Made by a program: the position numbers and the translations under genes. The notes beneath the pieces were generated by a model. It was not told where the DNA came from and searched no databases. It saw nothing but the letters and a program-made list of their open reading frames with translations. Source: Candidatus Levyibacteriota bacterium (GTDB lineage: Bacteria; Patescibacteriota; Microgenomatia; Levybacterales; UBA12049). Taken from it: a stretch of 64,000 bases of DNA. The stretch spans positions 176,236 to 240,235 of the forward strand of contig CP066685.1 of assembly GCA_016432345.1 (NCBI GenBank), in the 5' to 3' direction. This document shows, one piece after another, positions 16,593-25,103 of this stretch. Position 1 is the stretch's first letter, and each line of letters starts with the position of its first letter.

Positions 16593-18716
16593 ATGAGGAG
16601 AAAAAGACATTCTTATAGAAGGCGACGGGGGATTAAGTTTAAGCTAAAAAAAGAGACAATTTACACAATTTTTGCCCTGGGACTTTTTTTAGGCAGTATA
16701 CTTACCTTTCTTTCGTTTATAAAGAGAGAGGGAGCTTTTCTTACTTTACATGCCGCTTTGCAGTATTATTTTGGAGGAGTGTCGTTTCTTTTTCCACTAA
16801 TTCTTATTTTCTTTTCTCTTCTTCTTTTTAGGTTTAAAATGTTTTTTTCTAAACCAAACATTGCCATTGGTTTTTCCATTTTTTTTCTCGCCAGTGCTGC
16901 CATTACCAAAAGCGGTCTTATTGGCAGCTCTCTTTTTTCCATTCTTTCGGAAGTGCTTAGCGATATTGGCAGCTATGTTGTTTTTTTGATTGGTTTTGTT
17001 GTAGGAATTATTGTTTTTTTTGATACATCAGTTGACCAGTTGCTGCAAATTGGTAAAACTATTGGACAGACAATAAGGAAACTATTTCCTAAAAGAGCGC
17101 TTGACTTTTTTAAAACGAATAATAAACAGCTTGTGGTACGAGACAATAAGTCTTTAGCCATAAAAGGGGCGTCAAAAGATTTTGCCCAAGCTGGAAGTTT
17201 GTCTTCATCTCCAACAGTAATAAAAAAAGAACCGGTTATTTTGGCTGATTCTTTGGTAAGTAATCAAATGTTAAAGGACGGTATTTGGGAGTATCCATCA
17301 CTTTCTATACTTTCTGACAGTTCTGGGCAAAAGGCCGATACAGGCGATGTGAAAAAGATTGCAACTGTTATCGAAAAAACCCTGCAGAGTTTTGGCATTG
17401 GAGCTCGGGTGGTGGAGGTAAATGTGGGTCCGGCAGTAACCCAGTATGCTTTGGAAATTGCCCTTGGCACGAAAGTATCAAAGATTACTTCTTTATCAAA
17501 TGATTTGGCTTTAGCTACCGAAGCGCCAACAGGACAAATTAGAATTGAAGCTCCAATTCCTGGGCGAAGCTTGGTGGGTATTGAAATTCCTAATAGGTCG
17601 CTGGAAGTCGTAACTTTAAAGACGATGTTGTCATCAAATACCATGCACAAGAGTAAATCCAGACTTACTGTGGCATTGGGATTGGATGTTTCTGGAAATC
17701 CGGTGGTGGCTGATATTGCTAAAATGCCGCATGTGTTAATTGCCGGTACTACTGGGTCTGGAAAATCTGTAACGATGAATTCTTTTATTTCCTCTCTTCT
17801 TTTTAGAGCTTCACCATCGGAAGTAAAGTTAATACTTATTGATCCAAAAAGAGTTGAACTAACAGGTTACAACGGTATTCCACATTTATTAACTCCTGTT
17901 ATTGTCGAGGTGGAAAAAATTTTGTCGTCTCTTCGTTGGGCCATGGGAGAAATGGATCGAAGGTACAAACTTTTTGCAGAAAGAGGAGTTAGAAATATTG
18001 ATTCCTACAATGAGCTGTCTGGTTTTCAGGCGCTTCCTTTTATAGTTATTTTGCTTGATGAACTGGCCGATTTAATGGCTTTTGCGCCTGTTGAAGTGGA
18101 AGACGCCATTGCCAGACTTGCTCAGATGGCTCGGGCAACAGGCATTCATTTAGTTATTGCCACGCAGCGGCCATCGGTTGATGTCATTACAGGACTTATT
18201 AAAGCGAATATTCCATGCCGTATTGCATTTAATGTGTCTTCAATGATTGATTCGCGAGTTATTATTGACACTCCAGGAGCAGAAAAGCTTTTAGGACGTG
18301 GAGATATGCTGTTTATTCCGCCAGATCAAGCCAAACCAACGCGTATTCAAGGCGCATTTATTTCGGATAAAGAAGTAAAAAAACTAGTTGAATACCTTAA
18401 ATCAAAATCTCCGGTCGTGGAGTATACAGAAGAAGTAATTTCTCAAGCACTTCCTGTTAAAAAAGGTGTTGGATCCGCTGCCGCGGATGGTAAAGATGCG
18501 TTATTTGAAGAAGCAATCCGAGCAGTTTGTCAGTACGACAGAGCTTCGGCCTCTCTTTTGCAGCGCAGGCTCTCGGTGGGATATGCCAGGGCTGCCAGAA
18601 TTTTAGATCAACTTGAGGCGGCAGGAATTGTGGGACATGGAGAGGGTTCAAAGCCGCGTGATGTGTTGGTTAGAAATGCTGAAGAATTTATTGCTAGTTT
18701 GCATGAGCAGCAGTAG
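16593..18716 (+). CDS. ftsK: DNA translocase FtsK/SpoIIIE
   Basis: It has N-terminal TM helices, a motor domain with GTTGSGKS and LLDELADL motifs, and a C-terminal gamma winged helix. The ATG at 16593 is preferred over the track start at 16554. Confidence 0.93.
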   Translation: MRRKRHSYRRRRGIKFKLKKETIYTIFALGLFLGSILTFLSFIKREGAFLTLHAALQYYFGGVSFLFPLILIFFSLLLFRFKMFFSKPNIAIGFSIFFLASAAITKSGLIGSSLFSILSEVLSDIGSYVVFLIGFVVGIIVFFDTSVDQLLQIGKTIGQTIRKLFPKRALDFFKTNNKQLVVRDNKSLAIKGASKDFAQAGSLSSSPTVIKKEPVILADSLVSNQMLKDGIWEYPSLSILSDSSGQKADTGDVKKIATVIEKTLQSFGIGARVVEVNVGPAVTQYALEIALGTKVSKITSLSNDLALATEAPTGQIRIEAPIPGRSLVGIEIPNRSLEVVTLKTMLSSNTMHKSKSRLTVALGLDVSGNPVVADIAKMPHVLIAGTTGSGKSVTMNSFISSLLFRASPSEVKLILIDPKRVELTGYNGIPHLLTPVIVEVEKILSSLRWAMGEMDRRYKLFAERGVRNIDSYNELSGFQALPFIVILLDELADLMAFAPVEVEDAIARLAQMARATGIHLVIATQRPSVDVITGLIKANIPCRIAFNVSSMIDSRVIIDTPGAEKLLGRGDMLFIPPDQAKPTRIQGAFISDKEVKKLVEYLKSKSPVVEYTEEVISQALPVKKGVGSAAADGKDALFEEAIRAVCQYDRASASLLQRRLSVGYARAARILDQLEAAGIVGHGEGSKPRDVLVRNAEEFIASLHEQQ

Positions 18717-18718
18717 GT

Positions 18719-19354
18719 ATGATCAGAGTTGGTCAAAAATTAAAAGAGGCTCGTCTTAAAAAAGGATTAACAGTAGCCGATGCCGCAAAAGCAACAAAAA
18801 TAAAAGCCTTATTTTTGGAGGCTTTAGAAAAAGGAGATTACACAAAACTTCCATCAGTTGCCTACGCTCAAGGTTTTGTCAGAAACTACGCTATCTTTTT
18901 AGGTATCCCAACCCAAGCGTTACTTGCTATTTTTCGACGTGAATTTGACGAAAAGAAAATGTATAAAGTTTTACCAGAAGGATTTGTGGAAACTTCGGAT
19001 TTTTCCACGAAACGATTGCCAGTGCGCACTATCCTTGTAGGATTACTTCTTTTTGTAGGCCTTTTTGGATATATCTTTTTCCAATATAAATACGCCGTTA
19101 TTAATCCTCCGCTTGTTATTTTACAACCTAAAGAAAATCAGGTAGTAGAAACAGCGGATGTGGTGGTTTTAGGAAAGACAGATGTTAATGTTAGCCTTTC
19201 TATTAACAGTGTTCCAGTATCTCTTGATGAAAACGGACAGTTTAAAAAAACAATCAATGTTTTTCCAGGTAAAGAAACAATTATAGTTAAAGCTGTCAGC
19301 CGCTTTGGCACAGAGACAATAGTAGAGCGTCATATAGAAATAAAATCTAAATAA
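18719..19354 (+). CDS. RodZ-like HTH membrane protein
   Basis: It has an N-terminal XRE-type HTH (GQKLKEARLKKGLTVADAAKATKI), a YAQGFVRNYA motif, a single TM helix and an extracytoplasmic domain. Confidence 0.7.
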   Translation: MIRVGQKLKEARLKKGLTVADAAKATKIKALFLEALEKGDYTKLPSVAYAQGFVRNYAIFLGIPTQALLAIFRREFDEKKMYKVLPEGFVETSDFSTKRLPVRTILVGLLLFVGLFGYIFFQYKYAVINPPLVILQPKENQVVETADVVVLGKTDVNVSLSINSVPVSLDENGQFKKTINVFPGKETIIVKAVSRFGTETIVERHIEIKSK

Positions 19355-19402
19355 TCAACATCTTCTTGACATAAGAAAGGATTTAATGTTAGCCTAGTAT
19401 AT

Positions 19403-19672
19403 ATGATCGATACTGCTCAAGCGGTTTTTCTCTTTGTTATTTTAGTCTTAACAATTCTTGTTTTAGTATTAGGAGTACAGGTGTTTTTTATTCTTCGGGA
19501 ATTACGGCAAACAGTCTCAAAGGCAAATAAGGTGCTTGATGATGCAGGACTTATTACCGAAAGTGTTTCGGGACCGCTAACAAGTCTGTCAAGTTTGGCA
19601 ACAGGTGTTAAAACAGGAGCTTTACTTGCAGGGCTTTTGCGGAGAAAGAAAAAAGATAAAAATAATGAATAA
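19403..19672 (+). CDS. DUF948-like small membrane protein
   Basis: It has an N-terminal TM helix followed by a coiled segment. It is paired with a YtxH-like gene. Confidence 0.5.
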   Translation: MIDTAQAVFLFVILVLTILVLVLGVQVFFILRELRQTVSKANKVLDDAGLITESVSGPLTSLSSLATGVKTGALLAGLLRRKKKDKNNE

Positions 19673-19964
19673 CAATAATTCGGGTAATGGGTTTTCTCAT
19701 GGATTTATTTTAGGAGCTTTAATTGGCGGGGGTATTGTTTTTTTGTTTGGAACCAAAAAAGGCAAAAAACTTCTTAAAACAATTACAGAGGAGGGTTTGG
19801 AAGGTATAGCCGAACTGGAGAATCTGGCAGAGGATGAAATTGAAGAATATGAAAATTCAGATGATGTGGTACAGAAACAACCGTCTACAAAACCACAAGA
19901 AAATCTAAATGAAGTTACTTCTTCTGCCAAACGGTTTTTTAAAGGCATCCACAAAAAGAGCTAG
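19665..19964 (+). CDS. YtxH-like protein
   Basis: The pattern GFILGALIGGGIVFLFGTKKGKK is typical of YtxH. The ATG at 19665 overlaps the upstream stop by 8 nt, and the track's earlier start at 19605 is rejected. Confidence 0.6.
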   Translation: MNNNNSGNGFSHGFILGALIGGGIVFLFGTKKGKKLLKTITEEGLEGIAELENLAEDEIEEYENSDDVVQKQPSTKPQENLNEVTSSAKRFFKGIHKKS

Positions 19965-20911
19965 AGATCGTATTTACGAATATTAGCGTTGTGGTCCTCA
20001 ATAGTTGCAGCATAATGATTAACTCCTTTTTTATCTGATATATAATAAAAGTAATTAGTTTTGGCCGGGTTTGCGGCTGCTTGTAATGCGGCAAGTCCTG
20101 GATTTGATATTGGAGTTGGTGGTAATCCTGGATTTTTATATGTATTATATGAAGAATTAAAATTTATATCTTCTCTTGTAAGCGCTTTTTTCCACCATGT
20201 TTTTTCATTTCTTTGATATCCAAGCGTATATTGAATGGTGGCATCTATGTCAAGTTTCATGCCAATGCGAAGCCTATTTGTAATAACTGATGCTACAAGC
20301 GGTCTATCTTGTTGGTGTTTTGCTTCTCGTTCAACAAGAGAGGCAATAGTTACAATATCATTTTTTATTTTTCCCGCCGTTTTAATTTGGGAAAATTTAT
20401 TATCAAAATTTTTGGTCATAAGAGCAATAATAAGATTAATATCCGCATCTTTTGGCACCAGATATGTGTCTGGAAAAAGATATCCTTCGTGTTTTACAAG
20501 TTGTAGTCTCCATGACTGATCAAAACTGGGAATTTTTTCTTGTAATATGTCGGCGATTTCCTCTGCCCGTTTTCCTTCGGGAATAGTTATCCAAACATCC
20601 AAAGTTCCATGAGTAAGATTGTCTGCAATTTCATACATAGTCATAGAAGGAGAAAGGCGAAAGTCGCCTGCTTGTATTTTTCCATCAATACCCTGTTTTT
20701 TTACCACCAGAAAAAAAAGCACAGGATCTTTAATTAAGTTTTCTTTTTTTAGTTTATTGGCAATTTCTCTAATGCCCGAACCTTTTTCAATCACAAAAAT
20801 TGTTTTTGTATTATTATTTTTGTCAATAGGTTGGATGCCGTTATACCACCAGATAGATAACGAAATGAGGAGAAAAAAAATAATTCCAAAAAGCACAGCT
20901 ATTCTTTTCAT
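19961..20911 (-). CDS. mltG: Endolytic murein transglycosylase MltG (YceG-like)
   Basis: It has an N-terminal TM anchor and the YceG core (LASLVEREA, YNTY...GLPP.PI.NPG). Confidence 0.9.
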   Translation of the reverse strand: MKRIAVLFGIIFFLLISLSIWWYNGIQPIDKNNNTKTIFVIEKGSGIREIANKLKKENLIKDPVLFFLVVKKQGIDGKIQAGDFRLSPSMTMYEIADNLTHGTLDVWITIPEGKRAEEIADILQEKIPSFDQSWRLQLVKHEGYLFPDTYLVPKDADINLIIALMTKNFDNKFSQIKTAGKIKNDIVTIASLVEREAKHQQDRPLVASVITNRLRIGMKLDIDATIQYTLGYQRNEKTWWKKALTREDINFNSSYNTYKNPGLPPTPISNPGLAALQAAANPAKTNYFYYISDKKGVNHYAATIEDHNANIRKYDL

Positions 20912-20914
20912 ATA

Positions 20915-22201
20915 TTAGAATTCAACAATAGGAAAATTTGGTATGGATTCTTTTGCTTCTTCAAGATTATACACTGTTTCACTATAAAGCGTATAAAGAG
21001 CTTCATTTTTTTGTATGATGTCCCCTATTTTTTTATCCAGATAAATTCCCGCTTTTTTTTGAGCTGGCGCCCCTAAAATTTTTGCAATTATTGTTAAATT
21101 TTTATTATTTATTTTTTTAATGGGCCGATTATCTGTTGCTTTAATTACAAAAGAAAATTTTCCAGGTATCAATTGATTTGAGGTTATATTATTATTTCCC
21201 ATTTGTTCTTTAATAATCTCTTTCATTTTTTGCAAAGCTTTGCCTGTTTTTAATATGTCAGTTGCCCAACCAAGACACGAGCCATAAGTTTCTTGTATAT
21301 GGTTTTTAGTTATTTGTGGCGCATCTTCTATGCATAGTTCAAGCAGATGAGAAGCAATGTAAAGGCTTTTTTGCTCAAGCGAGAAAGGTCTTTTTTGGTC
21401 TTGTTCTAAAACAAAAAAGGCATCGCGCGCCTCAAGAATTGGCCCTATGCCATTACCAAATGGTTCTTCAGCGCTGCTTATAAGCACATGGATTTTCACG
21501 CCGAATCGTTTTGCTAGATTTTCAAATTTATCTTTGAGTATTTCTGCATCTTTCATGCGGTGTACTTTTACTGTGGTGCCGTATGGCAGATCAACAACAA
21601 GATGCGTTGCGCCAAAAGCCACTTTTTTGGCCATGATTGATACCAGTATTTTGTCGTAACTTTCAAATAGTAGCGGTTCCTCAACCTTAATAAGCACATC
21701 ATCAGCAGGGGCGATATGAAAACTTCCTCCCCACACAATACAGCCTTTTGTTTTTTTAACTATGTCATAAATTTTTTCTTTGGAGAATTCAACTTTTGAT
21801 AATACTTCCATAGTATCTGCTGTGCCGCTTGGGGTAGTGATGGCGCGAGACGAGCTTTTGGGAATAGTAAAACCACAAGCTGCAATAATTGGCGTAACAA
21901 TAAGTGTGGTACGACTCCCGGGCATTCCTCCGATAGAGTGTTTATCTGCCACAATGCCAGAAAATTCAAGTTTTTCTCCTGTTTCCACCATCGCTTTTGT
22001 AAGGTAAAATAGCTCGTCATTACTAAATCCTTTTGCATATCCCGATGCCGCAAAGTACGTGGTTAAAATATCACCAAGTTTGTTATGTGCAATCTGATCC
22101 ATGATGGCATAGATTTCTTCGTAGTTAAGTATTTTCCCCACAAGTTTTTTTCGGATGGCCTCAAGAGCAATGTCTTTTTCGTTGTTGCTAATACTCCTCA
22201 T
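20915..22201 (-). CDS. AMP phosphorylase-type (archaeal DeoA-like) nucleoside phosphorylase, lacking the archaeal N-terminal extension
   Basis: The segment DKHSIGGMPGSRTTLIVTPIIAACGFTIPKSSSRAITTPSGTADTMEVL matches the AMP phosphorylase branch (SSRAIT..GTAD) rather than E. coli DeoA (SGRGLGHTGGTLDKLE). Confidence 0.7.
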   Translation of the reverse strand: MRSISNNEKDIALEAIRKKLVGKILNYEEIYAIMDQIAHNKLGDILTTYFAASGYAKGFSNDELFYLTKAMVETGEKLEFSGIVADKHSIGGMPGSRTTLIVTPIIAACGFTIPKSSSRAITTPSGTADTMEVLSKVEFSKEKIYDIVKKTKGCIVWGGSFHIAPADDVLIKVEEPLLFESYDKILVSIMAKKVAFGATHLVVDLPYGTTVKVHRMKDAEILKDKFENLAKRFGVKIHVLISSAEEPFGNGIGPILEARDAFFVLEQDQKRPFSLEQKSLYIASHLLELCIEDAPQITKNHIQETYGSCLGWATDILKTGKALQKMKEIIKEQMGNNNITSNQLIPGKFSFVIKATDNRPIKKINNKNLTIIAKILGAPAQKKAGIYLDKKIGDIIQKNEALYTLYSETVYNLEEAKESIPNFPIVEF

Positions 22202-22206
22202 ATTTT

Positions 22207-22953
22207 TTAAACCCCCGATTTAATCGGGGCAAGTTTTCCTCGTAAGATAAGTCTTTTCCAAGTTGTTCCAGGAGGAGTGCATGTTACCAGCGTTAAATAT
22301 GATTCATCAAAATCCTGCGAAAAAACAGATGTTTCTGTTGGATCAACAACAAAAATATTTTTTATGGCATATTTATAGGAGACATGATCGGCTGTTAATA
22401 TTACTTCATCGTTAATACCTAACTTATACAAAGTTGCAAAAATTGTTTTGTAGTCTTTAGGATTGAATAATTGCGGAAGAGTTGAGTGACCGAAAATAAC
22501 AATATTTCCATTATCGCCAGGAAGCGCAGTATCTCCATAATGGACAAGATGACGGCTTAAATCGTAATCTGTTGTAGAGACAATGGCGTCTTTGATGCCC
22601 AGTTTTTGAATTGTAAGTTTATAAGAAGTAATATTTGTTTTTGATCTTTTAAGGTTTTCTGGCAATGCTGGAAACCAGTTTCGCGCATCTGTGTAGTCAA
22701 CACTTCCAAATGCCAAAGATGCAGACTCAATAAGTGTTTTTACAGTGTCTTTTGAAACAACTGTTGTTTTTGGGATGGGAGTTGTTAAGTCTTTGGAAGC
22801 AAAGACCTGATTAAAATAGAGATGCCAAGATATAAGAGGAAAGGAAATATACATAATAATGCTGCTGCCTAATAAAATAAGAAAAAAAGCAAAAGCTTTT
22901 AAGAAATTGATCTTAATACCTTTTTTTGATTTTTTGTAATAATACGATGTCAT
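22207..22953 (-). CDS. Sortase family transpeptidase
   Basis: It has an N-terminal TM anchor, a catalytic His (IVIFGHS), a TLVTCTP cysteine motif and a downstream Arg. Confidence 0.85.
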   Translation of the reverse strand: MTSYYYKKSKKGIKINFLKAFAFFLILLGSSIIMYISFPLISWHLYFNQVFASKDLTTPIPKTTVVSKDTVKTLIESASLAFGSVDYTDARNWFPALPENLKRSKTNITSYKLTIQKLGIKDAIVSTTDYDLSRHLVHYGDTALPGDNGNIVIFGHSTLPQLFNPKDYKTIFATLYKLGINDEVILTADHVSYKYAIKNIFVVDPTETSVFSQDFDESYLTLVTCTPPGTTWKRLILRGKLAPIKSGV

Positions 22954-25100
22954 TCTTTATCAACGATAACTGTTATATTTTTTGCTATCCGTGGCAGGTT
23001 TTTGAGCACAAACGGCAGCGAAGGCGAAAGCTTGATAGAGACATGAGACACTTGCGGAATTTTTAAAAGAATTTTTTGAGCTTCATCAAATGATTTACCG
23101 GACAGCGTATTGGCAATTTTTTCTTTTTCAAGTTTTGGTAATAACAACGCTTTTACATGAATAGCAGCAGATACCTCGTTATTATTTTTTTTCTTTGAGT
23201 TTTCTAAGGCATATGAAATATCATCTTGAATAAAAGCATCATCTATTGTTTTTTCTTTGAGTAACTCTTTTGAGAGTTTTTGTAATTCATCGTCTGGATA
23301 AGAAATTCCATTATAATTAATGTTTCCGGCAATAGTAAATGTTTCTGTTTCTTCACCTACTTTTTTATCTAAACTTTTTTGCGAGAATTCCGAGTTGACA
23401 ATAACAGGAAGAAGTTTATTTTTTTGGTCAATTTTTTCTTCCATAGATTTTTTTGCTTTTTCCTCAAGATTTTTTGTTATTTCCTCTATCGCCTTTTCAA
23501 CATCTTTTTTAGATACCACCATTACTTCTTTTTTACTTCCGCCAGAAAAAGCAGCATCATTTTTTGCTTCGACTTCAGAGGAGCCGAAGTCGTCAATAGT
23601 AAATTTTGTTCCAGATGGTAAATTATATTCTTTACCAATATCCTCTGCTACAACATTAGTTTTGATTGTTTTTACATCGCTTAAACCCGATGAGGATGCA
23701 ATTTTTACTGTTTCATCAAGCGCAAATTTTAATTTGTTGGACGATGTAATTACAGTGCCTTTGGTAAATGTTTGTTCTTTTCCAAGAGCGCTAAGGATAG
23801 TTATTGTCCCTTTTGCTTTTTCGCCAACTTCTTTTTTTCCAGATGCCGACTTGGTAATTTTTCCATCTTGCGTTGTTTCTAAAGTTTTAGCAGAAATAAT
23901 ATTTTTTGAAAAATCAGTTGGAGCTTTTGTAGAAAAGGTAATATCTTGATTTTGCTCAACAATTTTTGGTCTGACAGACAAAGATACGGTTGCTTTTAAT
24001 AAGAAAATATAAGATAAGAAAATGGCAATTATTGCAATAATAATTGGGGGAATAAAAATAATTTTATTTTTTCCAAATTTTTTAAAGACATACAATTTTT
24101 TTATTATGTTTTTTAATATTTTAAAAGAAGAATAAAAAATATATCCTAGTGATATTAATAATTTACGCAGTTTTGTGTGTTTAGTTTCTGCTATTATTGG
24201 CTCTAATTTTTCTTCCTGTTGCGTACCTATATTAATTTTTATCTCATTTACATCTTTATTTTTGACAAACCCAAATTCTTCCTCTAGCGTTTTATCTATT
24301 TGATTGTTTTCTGGTTTTTGAATTTCTTTCTGTTGGTCTAATACCTCAAACCCCATCTGTGTTGCCGCTCCAAAAATGATTGATTTAACATCAAAATCCT
24401 CTGAAAGAATTGTAATTTGCGGCACATGTAAAAAAGGAAGGCTTTTGCTCCAGGAATGGGAAATAAAGCTTTGAGATAGCGCTTCGTGATTATTTTTGTC
24501 GCTTAAGATAATAATTCTTGATGGGAGAACCTCCTGATTTATAAAATGATGAAGTAATCTATCGGTAACTTTAGCAATGTCTTCTTCGATTTTTGTTCTT
24601 TTTGTTTCAATAACGCGTCCTGCTCTAAAAAGAGAAATGGCAGCATTTTTTTGAGAAATCTCAACAAGTATTCCAGATACAGGAACTCCTTCTTCTTGTT
24701 GCAATAGGTTAATGATTGCTTCGTGAATAATCAAAAATCCAATTGGAATTAAACCAAGCGCATCGCTGATTTTTTTTAGTTTTAGAAGATGCTCCTTTTT
24801 AATTTTTTCCCCTTCCGCCCAATTTTCTTTTACGCCAAAAATTGTTTTTTGAACTTCAATTGCCCAAACATATTCTTCAATTCCTGATATAGCTTTATCT
24901 AAAATATCCAACAATTCTTCAAACGGTAATGTTTCTAAAGTATTTGGTAGATTTTCTTCATGCTTGCTTACAATACTGGCTTGGCCATTTACCTCTTTAA
25001 AAATTGCGGCAATAATTTTCTCGTCTCGTAAAAGAAGAGTAAGAAAGTATTTAATTTTTTCTTTTTTATTAAAAATAGATGAGAAGAAAGGCAGTTTCAT
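22950..25100 (-). CDS. Hypothetical 716-aa bitopic membrane protein with a degenerate FtsA/PilM-like cytoplasmic domain, one TM helix and a K/S/T-rich ectodomain containing baseplate-J-like segments
   Basis: The N-terminal ~260 aa show actin-fold-like blocks (GILVEISQKNAAISLFRAGRVIE) without the DxG phosphate motifs. The TM helix is IIFIPPIIIAIIAIFLSYIFLL. The ectodomain contains KAKGTITILS...TKGTVITS and VVAEDIGKEYNLPSGTKF...AFSGGS. Its stop overlaps the sortase start by 4 nt. Confidence 0.45.
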   Translation of the reverse strand: MKLPFFSSIFNKKEKIKYFLTLLLRDEKIIAAIFKEVNGQASIVSKHEENLPNTLETLPFEELLDILDKAISGIEEYVWAIEVQKTIFGVKENWAEGEKIKKEHLLKLKKISDALGLIPIGFLIIHEAIINLLQQEEGVPVSGILVEISQKNAAISLFRAGRVIETKRTKIEEDIAKVTDRLLHHFINQEVLPSRIIILSDKNNHEALSQSFISHSWSKSLPFLHVPQITILSEDFDVKSIIFGAATQMGFEVLDQQKEIQKPENNQIDKTLEEEFGFVKNKDVNEIKINIGTQQEEKLEPIIAETKHTKLRKLLISLGYIFYSSFKILKNIIKKLYVFKKFGKNKIIFIPPIIIAIIAIFLSYIFLLKATVSLSVRPKIVEQNQDITFSTKAPTDFSKNIISAKTLETTQDGKITKSASGKKEVGEKAKGTITILSALGKEQTFTKGTVITSSNKLKFALDETVKIASSSGLSDVKTIKTNVVAEDIGKEYNLPSGTKFTIDDFGSSEVEAKNDAAFSGGSKKEVMVVSKKDVEKAIEEITKNLEEKAKKSMEEKIDQKNKLLPVIVNSEFSQKSLDKKVGEETETFTIAGNINYNGISYPDDELQKLSKELLKEKTIDDAFIQDDISYALENSKKKNNNEVSAAIHVKALLLPKLEKEKIANTLSGKSFDEAQKILLKIPQVSHVSIKLSPSLPFVLKNLPRIAKNITVIVDKE

Positions 25101-25103
25101 AAC

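Noticed and set aside
23320-23949. A 209-aa plus-strand ORF antisense to the 716-aa membrane protein gene.
   Set aside because: It is a shadow ORF of a Lys/Glu-rich gene. Its F/S-rich translation has no start context or motifs.
22950-25100. The 716-aa protein as a sortase substrate, on the basis of the LPSGT sequence in NLPSGTKF.
   Set aside because: The sequence is LPSGT, not LPXTG. It is internal rather than C-terminal, and it is not followed by a hydrophobic segment and basic tail.
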